Assembly: GCF_000315625.1 (NCBI RefSeq)
Contig: NW_005434581.1
Span: forward strand, 36,713-88,838
Origin: Guillardia theta CCMP2712
Lineage: Eukaryota; Protista; Cryptophyta
Length of the DNA: 52,126 bases
Reading direction: 5' to 3'
The notes below the pieces were generated by a model. It had not been told where the DNA came from. It searched no databases and was given only the letters and a program-made list of their open reading frames with translations. Shown piece by piece: positions 30,800 through 42,720 of the stretch (positions are counted from its first letter, which is position 1; each line of letters begins with the position of its first letter). The position numbers and the translations under genes are program-made.

Positions 30800-32392
30800 T
30801 GTAACAACAAGATAAGTTATGTAGATGATTTCACGTGCTCTCAAGCTCGTCTTGCTGGAGGAGGAGGGGGAGGAGATCCTGCAGCAGCGTCAATTCCCTG
30901 CGATCATCTCACCAAGACTCACGTCCTGCACTCTCGAACCACTGAAACGCGCTCACGAGCTTTCCGTTGGCTGAAGGCATGTACCTGCTCCAGTTAGATT
31001 GATAGAATCTCTTCCTCCCAAGCCCCGCGCCGCCTCCTCCACCCACCTCCGCAACCTACGCAGACATCTCCGCAACCTAGGCATACACCTCCGCAACCTA
31101 GGCATACACCTCCGCAACCTAGGCATACACCTCCGCAACCTAGGCATACACCTCCGCAACCTAGGCATACACCTCCGCAACCTAGGCATACACCTCCGCA
31201 ACCTAGGCATACACCTCCGCAACCTAGGCATACACCTCCGCAACCTAGGCATACACCTCCGCAACCTAGGCATACACCTCCGCAACCTAGGCATACACCT
31301 CCGCAACCTAGGCATACACCTCCGCAACCTAGGCATACACCTACGACTGCCTCACTGTTGTCACCTTCTCATCTCTCGGTGAAATTCAGATGGAGTGACC
31401 CGAAGCAGCGAGCCCGTGACGAAGCCCTGCTCTCCTCCTGCTTGTGTTGCCCGTGCCTGCTCTCCTCCCGCTTGTTTTGCCCGTGCCTGTCCAGCCATCC
31501 CCTGCGCTGCCAATCCCCTCGAGGACTGCCGCCCATGCTCACTGGGCACATGCTCTAACCCCCAGCTCCTCCTCACCTCCTCTGATTCCTCAGGCTCCCT
31601 GATCGCACTTGCAGGACGTGCCTGCAACATGCCCCTTAGAAAGAGAGGGAGGAGGGCGCGGGCAGGAGCGGCAGGGAAGGACCTGCATGGGACGCACGTT
31701 GCTTTGCTGCTGGAAGACGGAGGCGAGGACAGCGTTGATCTCAGCAGAATGACCTGAAAGATGACGAGCAAGACAAGAATCAGCGAGAGAGAATGAAGGA
31801 CGAGGGAGAGGGACAACAACAAGTCTTCTCACTCTCGTCCCTCTTGGCGTGATGGCTTGCTGGCTTGCTCCCTTGAGAGATGGCTTTCTTTGAGAGGACA
31901 GGAGGGCTGCCAGCCTCGTCGAACATCTGAGCTGCTGAGATCAGCTTGCCGTCCATCGTTGGCATTCCCTCGGGGTTCGCGAGGTCCCATGGATGATCTT
32001 CGAACCTGCAAGGAGCCGTGACCGTCAGCTATCCGTGGGGAAGTGCAAGACATGAGAAGGCGCGCAGTGACTGACATTTGTCGGCGCAAGGACATCATGG
32101 AAGACATGGCTTTCTCCTTCTTCACTGACGGCGCAACTTTTCTTCCCTCATGCTCCACTATCGCTGAAATGATAGGGTTCCTCTGAAGCAAAGCTGAGGT
32201 CCCAAGTGAATGCGTCCTGCTCGATGACGATTCGTTTGAAACAAAAAGAATTGCAGCTAGGAGGCAGAGTAAAACTGCAGAGGCAGCAGAGGGCAGGAGG
32301 AAGCGAGAGGAGGAGGACGAGGAGGACGAGGACGAGGAGGACGAGGGTCCTCTTCCCCTTCGTGCCACCACAACTACTTCATGTCGCTCCAT
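30800..32392 (-). CDS. Hypothetical membrane-anchored protein (multi-exon)
   Basis: ORF from 32392 with a single N-terminal hydrophobic segment (AASAVLLCLLAAILFV). Downstream exon-like blocks include DHPWDLANPEGMPTMDGKL and GRKRFYQSNWSRYMPSANGKL. The 3' end is uncertain. Confidence 0.5.
31044..31342. repeat. 21-bp minisatellite (CACCTCCGCAACCTAGGCATA)~14
   Basis: Near-perfect direct tandem units with no spacers. Confidence 0.97.
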
Positions 32393-33068
32393 CGTGTGTT
32401 CGCTATGTCGCTATTTCCGTGACTGAGCCCTCATCCCCTCCATCTTGTCTCACTGGCTGTGGTCCGAGCCCGCGCCAGCATCATCATAGTAGGCCCTCAG
32501 TCACTGGCAGGCTGGGCGGCCGGCGGCGGCCCCGGGGCCGGGCCCCCAGCCCGGTGGCGTGTTGTTCCTACTTTACTCTTATATTGACCGAGGCTCTCAT
32601 GCAAACAAACAGACATACTTGTACGGAAGCCGTCGACCGTTTGCAACTCAACACGATTACCGCACTGTCGGATCACTGCTGAGTCAGCCGAGGCCCCGGC
32701 AGTCACTGTGACTGGCAGCTAGGCTGGCGGCAGTGGCGGTCAGGTTGAACCCGGCGGCGCTCAGGGCCCCGGAGCCTAGTAAGGCTCGGACCCCCCGACC
32801 GCCCGAGTCAGTTTCCTCGCCATGTCCATCCTCGTGCTGCGCTTCAAGTGACCGATCAGCAGCGTGATATCCTCACCTTCAAAGTTGCAAAGCCGGGCGG
32901 CCTCAGGACGGTACTAGGCCGCGTCAAGTCGCAGGTTAGGGTCTTCAGTGCAGGGCCACTGGCCCAGAGTTTTACTATAAGACGGCGGTACGGTAAAAAG
33001 GCGCTCACTGTCCTGCTTTGTTTTGCTTGAGGCACTTTTTACAGGCTTCTGCCAGTAAATCCATTATT

Positions 33069-36000
33069 CCGTCCCTCACTGTGCTGGCGGGATTACACTT
33101 GGCGGCCTGCCTATCGGCACGGATGGATTTCATGCTAGTCAGCTCCGAGCGAAGGTTTCTACCCTCAACGAAGAGCTCTCGAAGCTCGGGCTCGTCCAGC
33201 ATGGCTTCATGTTCAAGCCTCGGCGCTGGTGAGGGCGAGCCATCTCCAGAAGGCTGCCGCAGTGCGCTTCTTCCTCCAGGGGTCTTCTCCGTTTCTCCCG
33301 CGGGTCCAATCACAGATTCGTCGCTTTGACCTCTCTGTCCACCTGGCGCTTGAGAAATACCACCGCTGGCCTTCCTCGCAGTACCTCGCCGCGCATCCCG
33401 ACCTCAGGCTCGAGTTTGCGAGGTTCAAGCGGGAGCTTCCGCATAGTCGAGGAGGGGACGAGTTCACGCCCTCTGAGGGTCTACACCCCGCTGTTTACTA
33501 TACGGCTATCGCTCGCTTCCTCGCTTGGTACTCTGACCAGCCCATGTCCCCGGGACGCTGCCCTCTCCTCATAGCCTGGACGTTCACTGCTCGAGATCTC
33601 TCCGTGCCCAGAAGCATCCTCTGGCGACCTTCTTCGTTGAGGCGCACTGGCACGACTTCGTTCATAATGCTGGAGCGATCCTCTACCGTCGTGTGAGGGC
33701 TCCTGCACCGTACCGGCTGCAGATGGTGCGGCGACTCATCCCACCTGCCCCGGCTGCTGTGCCTGATGACGCAGGACGCCCCCCGGCATCTGTGGTACAC
33801 ATCCCTGGTTTGCGCGCTCTCGTCGACTCGTCTCATGAGCACTTCATTCCTCCCCCTGCGCAGCGAAATGTGACCCCTCTTGTCATGCGCGTCTTCCCTC
33901 GCTGCCGCCACAAAGCGGGCGGCCGCCCTGGCTCGCAAACGCGCCGCCACCTATCAGCGCCTCACTATGCAGCTGACGCTGGAGGCGCTCTTGTCTGGTG
34001 CGAGGCGCATGACGCCCTTGCGGGCGCAAGCACTTCTCGAGCCAGAGGACAGCTCCTAGGAGTAGTATAGGATTTACTGGCAGAAGGTAAAAAGTGCCTC
34101 AAGCAAAACAAAGCAGGAACAAGCTGAACCGGCAGGCACACAGTCCACAGCGAGAAGCTGCACAAACACACACAAAACACAAGCTCCTCCTCGGACTTTG
34201 TCGAGTCGCCCGAGGGGGAGTCTTCGCCGGAGGTCTCCGACTCCGATGGGGGACACACGTCGAGTGGCCCCGACGATCGGCGCGGAGCTGGCGAGGCGTC
34301 TCCGTCCCTCACTGTGACGTCGGGTGCCTCCGGAGAGCTCGACACCACTGGGGTGCTTGCTGCTGGTCCGAGCTCGCCTGCTTCCTCCCCGGCATCGGTC
34401 GGGTCACGCCGGGCCTTGGGCATTGCCGCGGCGTCGCCGCCGTCACGGGCGGTGTTGGTTTCGGCTACCGCTGACTCGGAGGCTAGCGAGGAGGACTACC
34501 TCGAGCGGTACCGTGTTCCTGTGTCCAGCCTCCCTCCGTCCGCTGCCCCAGGCGGACCCCCGGGCAGCGCCGGCTCCTTGTCGGCGGCTGCCCTTTCTCC
34601 GTCCGCGGCCGCCCGCTTTGTGGCGGCAGCGGACGTCTCGACTGACAGTGGTCAGTCGGCTGCCTCCGCCGCGCATCCCGACCTCAGGCTCGAGTTTGCG
34701 AGGTTCAAGCGGGAGCTTCCGCATAGTCGAGGAGGGGACGAGTTCACGCCCTCTGAGGGTCTACACCCCGCTGTTTACTATACGGCTATCGCTCGCTTCC
34801 TCGCTTGGTACTCTGACCAGCCCATGTCCCGGACGCTGCCCTCTCCTCATAGCCTGGACGTTCACTGCTCGAGATCTCTCCGTGCCCAGAAGCATCCTCT
34901 GGCGACCTTCTTCGTTGAGGCGCACGACTTCGTTCATAATGCTGGAGCGATCCTCTACCGTCGTGTCAAGGCTCCTGCACCGGCTGCAGATGGCGCGGCG
35001 ATCCCACCTGCCCCGGCTGCTGTGCCTGATGACGCAGGACGCCTCGTCGACTCGTCTCATGAGCACTTCATTCCTCCCCCTGCGCAGCGAAATGTGACTC
35101 CTCTTGTCATGCGCGTCTTCCCTCGCCATGTGCATGCTCGCGCTGCGCTGACCGATCAGCAGCGTGATATCCTCACCTTGCACAGCCGCAGGACACACTC
35201 GCTCAAGTCGCAGGATAGGGTCTTGCAGTCTACCATCTTCGCTCATTTTCCTGAGCGAGACCTGAGCCACTCGGCGATGCGAGTCTCGAGCTACTACCCC
35301 CTCAAGGCCTTCCCGCACCGCTATGCTCAGATGCTCGACTGCTATCTCCATCATGGCATGCCGATCTGCCAGTGTCCGACGGAATGTGATGGATGTCAGC
35401 GCGAGCTCGATCCCTCCGTTGCTGCACATCATCTCCAGACCTGCAAACGCCGATCCTCCAAGCTTCCCACGGCGCATGACAACCTTACTCGTACGATTCG
35501 GTCGATGCTGAACGAAGCTGGTCTTCAGAGCGTCATCGATACAGTGGGGGATCCTCGTTCTCGACGGCAGGTACCCTCCCATCCTCATGGCCGCAAGATG
35601 AAGGGCGATATCCACATCCCTGGAATCCGCGATCGAGGGTCCGAGCAGTACGAGGGCTTGATGGCGGACGTGACGTTGGTCCACCCTTACATTGGTAGCT
35701 CTGCCGACCTGACCAAGTGGGGGGAGGTCAACCTCGACGCCCTCCATGTTGCAGCGTCTGAGAAGATTCGCAAACATCGCGCTGCATATGCCATGACTAC
35801 TCCTCCTCGAGCGTTCATCCCTCTTGCCATCTCGACGGACGGTACCCTGCATCCTGACACCCTCCGCTTCATCTGGTATTTGGCGGACATCATTGCTCAG
35901 CGCTCAATGCCTCTTGAGGATGCGGCGTTTGGTCGGCACTTCGTGCCTGATGACGGCCCTGCTGCTGAGGTCTTGGCTCGCAAACGCGCCGCCACCTATC

Positions 36001-37229
36001 AGCGCCTCACCATGCAGCTTACGCTGGAAGCGCTCTTGTCTGGTGCGAGGCGCATGACGCCCTTGCGGGCGCAAGCACTGGCTTCTCGAGCCAGAGGACA
36101 GCTCCTCCTCGGACTTTGTCGAGTCGCCCGAGGAGTCTTCGCCGGAGGTCTCCGACTCCGATGGGGGAAACCCTTCGAGTGGCCCCGACGATCGGCGCGG
36201 AGCTGGCGAGGCGTACGGTCTCCGTCCCTCACTGTGACGTCGGGTGCCTCCGGAGAGCTCGACACCACTGGGGTGCTTCAATGTGCTGCTGGTCCGAGCT
36301 CGCCTGCTTCCTCCCCGGCATCGGTCGGGTCACGCCGGGCCTTGGGCATTGCCGCGGCGTCGCCGCCGTCACGGGCGGCTACCACTGACTCGGCTACCGC
36401 TGACTCGGAGGCTAGCGAGGAGGACTACCTCGAGCGGTACCGTGTTCCTGTGTCCAGCCTCCCTCCGTCCGCTGCCCCAGGCGGACCCCCGGGCAGCGCC
36501 GGCTCCTTGTCGGCGGCTGCCCTTTCTCCGTCCGCGGCCGCCCGCTTTGTGGCGGCAGCGGACGTCTCGACTGACAGTGGTCAGTCGGCTGCCTCCGGGT
36601 ATCGCGTGTAAGGGATTTTATTCCTCCTGCATGCTCCTGCTGCTTGTTGCTTGATTGCTTGACCCTTCGGCTGCTTGTCTGCGCGGCTTCGCGCTTGGGC
36701 TGGCGCTGCCGCGTCTGGGTGCCAGCAGTGCTGGTTCTTTTCGGGCTTGTGTTTTGTGTGTGTTTGTGCAGCTTCTCGCTGTGGACTGTGTACCTGCCGG
36801 TTCAGCTTGTTCCTGCTTTATTTTGCTTGAGGCACTTTTTACCTTCTGCCAGTAAATCCTATATCCTCCGGGTATGTGGACTGTGTGCCTGCCGGTTCAG
36901 CTTGTTCCTGCTTTGTTTTGCTTGAGGCACTTTTTACCTTCTGCCAGTAAATCCTATACACAGGGTATCGCGTCTAAGGGATTTTATTCCTCCTGCATGC
37001 TCCTGCTGCTTGTTGCTTGATTGCTTGACCCTTAGGCTGCTTGTCTGCGCGGCTTCTCGCTTGGGCTGGTGATGCCGCGTCTGGGTGCCAGCAGTGCTGG
37101 TTCTTTTCGGGCTTGTGTTTTGTGTGTGTTTGTGCAGCTTCTCGCTGTGGACTGTGTACCTGCCGGTTCAGCTTGTTCCTGCTTTATTTTGCTTGAGGCA
37201 CTTTTTATCTTCTGCCAGTAAATCCTATA
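33069..37229 (+). mobile_element. Retrotransposon copy A (older, internally deleted, hosts nested insertions)
   Basis: 33083-33205 translates AGGITLGGLPIGTDGFHASQLRAKVSTLNEELSKL, like RT subdomain 7 (G..LG.PIG) of CRE elements. This is followed by thumb-like RFFLQ..RRFDLSVHLAL..LPHSRGG..HPAVYYTA. The 3' UTR ends at about 37229. Confidence 0.7.
34669..36864 (+). mobile_element. Retrotransposon copy B, about 2.2 kb, 5'-truncated: RT thumb remnant, CCHC zinc knuckle, restriction-like endonuclease and 3' UTR
   Basis: CDGC..HHLQTC, AHDN (RH-motif equivalent) and KGDI..DVT..K..KH..FIPLAISTDG match the RLE layout of CRE/R2-group elements. Flanked by the TSD CCTCCG (34663-34668 and 36865-36870). No YxDD RT core is present. 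Confidence 0.85.
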
Positions 37230-38166
37230 CACGCCGACCTGACCAAGTGGGGGGAGGTCAACCTCGACGCCCTCCAGCAACCATGGGCGTGTCTAGTACT
37301 CGGGTGGGGGACCACCGGGGAAGCGCACGTACCGTACAGAACCACACATTTCACTTGCCAGCAGTGCTGGTTGTTTTCGGGCTTGTGTTTTGTGTGTGAT
37401 TGTGCAGCTTCTCGCTGTGGACTGTGTACCTGCCGGTTCAGCTTGTTCCTGCTTTGTTTTGCTTGAGGCACTTTTTGTCTTCTGCCAGTAAATCCTATAT
37501 ACTTCCCATGTTGCAGCGTCTGAGAAGATTCGCAAACATCGCGCTGCATATGCCATGACTACTCCTGCTTTGTTTTGCTTGAGGCACTTTTTACCTTCTG
37601 CCAGTAAATCCTATGTCATACTCCTCCTCGAGCGTTTTGCTTGAGGCACTTTTTACCTTCTGCCAGTAAATCCTATGTCATACTCCTCCTCGAGCGTTCA
37701 TCCCTCTTGCCATCTCGACGGACGGTACCCTCCGCTTCATCTGGCCCCGACGATCGGCGCGGAGCTGGCGAGGCGTCTCCGTCCCTCACTGTGACGTCGG
37801 GTGCCTCCGGAGAGCTCGACACCACTGGGGTGCTTGCTGCTGGTCCGAGCTCGCCTGCTTCCTCCCCGGCATCGGTCGGGTCACGCCGGTCCTTGGGCAT
37901 TGCCGCGGCGTCGCCGCCGTCACGGGCGGCTACCACTGAGAGTATAGTATAGGACAAGCTGAACCGGCAGGTACACAGTCCACAGCGAGAAGCTGCACAA
38001 ACACACACAAAACACAAGCCCGAAAAGAACCAGCACTGCTGGCTTGGCTACCGCTGACTCGGAGGCTAGCGAGGAGGACTACCTCGAGCGGTACCGTGTT
38101 CATGTGTCCAGCCTCCCTCCGTCCGCTGCCCCAGGCGGACCCCCGGGCAGCGCCGGCTCCTTGTCG

Positions 38167-38266
38167 NNNNNNNNNNNNNNNNNNNNNNNNNNNNNNNNNN
38201 NNNNNNNNNNNNNNNNNNNNNNNNNNNNNNNNNNNNNNNNNNNNNNNNNNNNNNNNNNNNNNNNNN
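38167..38266. other. assembly gap (N run)
   Basis: Run of n characters. Confidence 0.99.
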
Positions 38267-38524
38267 GCGGCAGCGGACGTCTCGACTGACAGTGGTCAGT
38301 CGGCTGCCTCCGGGTATCATCGCGTGTAAGGGATTTTATTCCTCCTGCATGGGCTCCTGCTGGCTTGTTGCTTGAAATTGCCTGAACCCTTCGGCTGCTT
38401 GTCTGCGCGGCTTCGCGCTTGGGCTGGCGATGCCGCGTCTGGGTGCCAGCGAGGATATAGGATTTACTGGCAGAAGATAAAAAGTGCCTCAAGCAAAACA
38501 AAGCAGGAACAAGCTGAACCGGCA

Positions 38525-39375
38525 NNNNNNNNNNNNNNNNNNNNNNNNNNNNNNNNNNNNNNNNNNNNNNNNNNNNNNNNNNNNNNNNNNNNNNNNNNNN
38601 NNNNNNNNNNNNNNNNNNNNNNNNNNNNNNNNNNNNNNNNNNNNNNNNNNNNNNNNNNNNNNNNNNNNNNNNNNNNNNNNNNNNNNNNNNNNNNNNNNNN
38701 NNNNNNNNNNNNNNNNNNNNNNNNNNNNNNNNNNNNNNNNNNNNNNNNNNNNNNNNNNNNNNNNNNNNNNNNNNNNNNNNNNNNNNNNNNNNNNNNNNNN
38801 NNNNNNNNNNNNNNNNNNNNNNNNNNNNNNNNNNNNNNNNNNNNNNNNNNNNNNNNNNNNNNNNNNNNNNNNNNNNNNNNNNNNNNNNNNNNNNNNNNNN
38901 NNNNNNNNNNNNNNNNNNNNNNNNNNNNNNNNNNNNNNNNNNNNNNNNNNNNNNNNNNNNNNNNNNNNNNNNNNNNNNNNNNNNNNNNNNNNNNNNNNNN
39001 NNNNNNNNNNNNNNNNNNNNNNNNNNNNNNNNNNNNNNNNNNNNNNNNNNNNNNNNNNNNNNNNNNNNNNNNNNNNNNNNNNNNNNNNNNNNNNNNNNNN
39101 NNNNNNNNNNNNNNNNNNNNNNNNNNNNNNNNNNNNNNNNNNNNNNNNNNNNNNNNNNNNNNNNNNNNNNNNNNNNNNNNNNNNNNNNNNNNNNNNNNNN
39201 NNNNNNNNNNNNNNNNNNNNNNNNNNNNNNNNNNNNNNNNNNNNNNNNNNNNNNNNNNNNNNNNNNNNNNNNNNNNNNNNNNNNNNNNNNNNNNNNNNNN
39301 NNNNNNNNNNNNNNNNNNNNNNNNNNNNNNNNNNNNNNNNNNNNNNNNNNNNNNNNNNNNNNNNNNNNNNNNNNN
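38525..39375. other. assembly gap (N run)
   Basis: Run of n characters within the retrotransposon nest. Confidence 0.99.
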
Positions 39376-40310
39376 CAACACAAAACACAACCCCAAAAAG
39401 ATCCAGCACTGCTGGCACCCCGACGCGGCAGCGCCAGCCCAAGCGCGAAGCCGCGCAGACAAGCAGCCGAAGGGTCAGGCAATCAAGCAACAAGCAGCAG
39501 GAGCATGCAGGAGGAATAAAATCCCTTACACGCGATACCCGGAGGCAGCCGACTGACCACTGTCAGTCGAGACGTCCGCTGCCGCCACAAAGCGGGCGGC
39601 CGCGGACGGAGAAAGGGCAGCCGCCGACAAGGAGCCGGCGCTGCCCGGGGGTCCGCCTGGGGCAGCGGACGGAGGGAGGCTGGACACAGGAACACGGTAC
39701 CGCTCGAGGTAGTCCTCCTCGCTAGCCTCCGAGTCAGCGGTAGCCAAGTCAGTGGTAGCCGCCCGTGACGGCGGCGACGCCGCGGCAATGCCCAAGGACC
39801 GGCGTGACCCGACCGATGCCGGGGAGGAAGCAGGCGAGCTCGGACCAGCAGCAAGCACCCCAGTGGTGTCGAGCTCTCTGGAGGCACCCGACGTCACAGT
39901 GAGGGACGGAGACGCCTCGCCAGCTCCGCGCCGATCGTCGGGGCCACTCGAAGGGTTTCCCCCATCGGAGTCGGAGACCTCCGGCGAAGACTCCTCGGGC
40001 GACTCGACAAAGTCCGAGGAGGAGCTGTCCTCTGGCTCGAGAAGTGCTTGCGCCCGCAAGGGCGTCATGCGCCTCGCACCAGACAAGAGCGCTTCCAGCG
40101 TAAGCTGCATGGTGAGGCGCTGATAGGTGGCGGCGCGTTTGCGAGCCAAGACCTCAGCAGCAGGGCCGTCATCAGGCACGAAGTGCCGACCAAACGCCGC
40201 ATCCTCAAGAGGCATTGAGCGCTGAGCAATGATGTCCGCCAAATACCAGATGAAGCGGAGGGTGTCAGGATGCAGGGTACCGTCCGTCGAAATGGCAAGA
40301 GGGATGAACG
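39376..40310 (-). mobile_element. Inverted 5'-truncated retrotransposon copy with an intact C-terminal reading frame
   Basis: ORF 39526-40242 (ADIIAQRSMPLED..LLEPEDSSSSDFVES..SGYRV*) is the same sequence as copy B without its micro-insertions, and is followed by the shared 3' UTR. Confidence 0.85.
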
Positions 40311-41999
40311 CGTGGCGATGCCGCGTCTGGGTGCCAGCAGTGCTGGTTCTTTTCGGGCTTGTGTTTTGTGTGTGTTTGTGCAGCTTCTCGCTGTGGACTG
40401 TGTACCTGCCGGTTCAGCTTGTTCCTGCTTTGTTTTGCTTGAGGCACTTTTTACCTTCTGCCAGTAAATCCTATATCGGTGGATTTACTGGCAGAGGGTA
40501 AAAAGTGCCTCAAGCAAAATAAAGCAGGAACAAGCGAAACCTCCTGGCACACAGCGCACAGCAAAGAGTTGTCCAACCTCGGAGCCAGACGGCCCCTCAG
40601 TCAGCCGTGGCGCCCGAGGGGGCGGCCGCGGACGGAGAAAGGGCAGCCGCCGACAAGGAGCCGGCGTTGCCCGGGGGTCCGCCTGGGGCAGCTGACGGAA
40701 GTATAGGATTTACTGGCAGAAGGTAAAAAGTGCCTCAAGCAAAACAAAGCAGGAACAAGTACGGAGTAGTGGATTTACTGGCAGAAAGAGAGACATAGGA
40801 TTTACTGAAGGTAAAAAGTGCCTCTCCTCGCTAGCCTCCGAGTCAGCGGTAGCCGAGTCAGCGGTAGCCGAGTCAGCGGTAGCCGCCCGTGACGGCGGCG
40901 ACGCCGAACCTCCTGGCACACAGCGCACAGCGAGAAGCTGTACAATCACACACAAAACACAAGCCCGAAAAGAACCAGCACTGCTGGCAACCAGACGCGG
41001 CATCGCCAGCCCAAGCGCGAAGCCGCGCAGACAAGCAGCCGAAGGGTCAGGCAATCAAGCAACAAGCAGCAGGAGCATGCAGGAGGAATAAAATCCCTTA
41101 GACGCGATATATATAGGATTTAATCAGACGTAACATTGTTGTGTCGGATTTACTGGCAGAAGGTAAAAAGACAGTTATGGACGGAGAGGCTTCGCCAGCG
41201 CCACTCTTGATGCTTCCACCGTCGGAGTCCCAGACCTCCGGCAAAGACTCGTGACTCCTCGGGCGACTCGACAAAGTCCGAGGAGGAGCTGTATCTATGA
41301 AACTTCAAGCAAACCAAAGCAGGAACAAGCTAAACCTGCATGCACACAGCGCACAGCGAGAAGCTGCACAAACACGCACAACAAAACAAGACCAAAAGTA
41401 ACCAGCACTGCTGGCTCAGACCCGGCACCGCCAGCCTACGCGCGAAGCCGCGCAGACAAGCAGGGAGGGTCAAGCAACAGTCGCTAGGAGGGTAACAAGC
41501 AGCACTGCGGCAGGTGGGGACGTTCGAAACCCTCTTAGACGCGATACCCGGAGGGAGTCAGGACAGTGCAGAGTACTGTCGGTGGAAATGGCAAGGGGAT
41601 GAACGATGGAGGAGGAGGAGTCAATACCGGCACTGATCGGCACAGCAGGGGACCGTGAACGCTCTCATACACGATACCCGGATGCAGCCGACTGACCGCT
41701 GTCAGCCTGTCGACGCGTCCGCCGCCGCATCGGAGGCCGCGGCCCGGCGGCCCCAGGAAGGGCAGCCGCCGACAAGGAGCCGGCGCTGCCCGGGAGTCCG
41801 CCTGGGACATCGGACACGACGAAGCCAAGACTCGAACTTTAGAGAGGAAAAGGTCTGCGACATCAGGCAGAAGAGTACGGTACGGTACATTGAAGGGAAG
41901 CTGACTGATCCTTGATAATCATGAATACTGAGTGATAGGAGGCGAACAACCGGAGAGGCTCGCAAGACGGCAAGCTTGCACCTTTGCTCCAATCAACTT

Positions 42000-42720
42000 G
42001 AATCAGTTATGACTCGCCCTGCCGGCGGGATCCCGCCGGCATTCGGAGTTCAAATTGTCTCATGCCTGGGTACACTGCTCGTTGCCTGTTGAGGATGTAG
42101 CGTTGGTCTTGGCGTCTCAGGTGTCGGAGGCGCACGACAAGCGGGCCGGGCGCTCCTCGAGCCAGAGAACTTGTGGCGACACCCGGGCCTCCTTCTCCCA
42201 GTCCGGGACTTTGTCGAGTCCGATCGCCCCGGCGGGCCGGCCCGGAGTCCCGGGCCTCGGAAGTTCGCCCGGACTCCGGGTCTCAGTACCGTCTCGGACG
42301 GAGCCTCCGACGTCCGACCGGGTGGAAGCATCATCAAGAGTGGCCGCCCGGGTCCATCACGGCGCGGCGGCTGAGGCCGAAGTTGCACGGTCGAAAAACT
42401 TAAAAACTGTTTTGTACCGGGTAGCAGCTCGGACCGTACGGACGTGACTTCGAGGCTCAGCGGCTTGAGTAGCCTCAACTGGCGGCCACCGGCCGGGCAC
42501 TAAATTAGCCTGGGCTTGCTTACTCGGACACTGATTCCCCCAAGTTCGGTTCCGCTGCTCCTGTGGAGGATGGATGACGATTTCGAAGTTCTTGCCTGTC
42601 CTTCCACACTCTGCTGTCCTTCCCTTGGGCCCGTAGGCTGGGCGGGCCCGGGCCGCGTGACCGTACGGTACGTCACTCAGCAGCGGCCCGCGCGGCCGCC
42701 GGGCCGGGCGGCGCCGGCCC
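42000..42720. repeat. GC-rich patch, partly derived from the retrotransposon
   Basis: Contains recognisable element words (CTCGAGCCAGAG, GGACTTTGTCGAGTC, GGTGGAAGCATC) separated by short GC-rich insertions. Confidence 0.7.

Larger units (their letters stand above)
32820..42400. mobile_element. Nest of 5'-truncated CRE-like (RLE-type) non-LTR retrotransposon copies in both orientations
   Basis: Repeated ORF fragments and more than a dozen copies of the same 3' end (..CTTCTGCCAGTAAATCCTATA). Copies are mostly plus-oriented at 33.0-38.4 kb and minus-oriented at 38.4-41.8 kb, with TSDs at several junctions. Confidence 0.85.

Noticed and set aside
31044-31342. CRISPR array
   Set aside because: Units are directly adjacent with no unique spacers, the context is eukaryotic, and there are no cas genes.
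34314-36611. 765-aa ORF as a single intact gene with terminal direct repeats (LTR-like)
   Set aside because: It is a chimera: the 3' tail of copy A runs in frame into nested copy B at the CCTCCG TSD. There are no gag, integrase or RT core motifs, so the repeats are not LTRs.
26597-42400. Functional link between the cap methyltransferase and the CRE-like element via spliced-leader genes
   Set aside because: No spliced-leader or snRNA-like repeat is visible at the insertion sites, and the observed targets are the element's own sequence.
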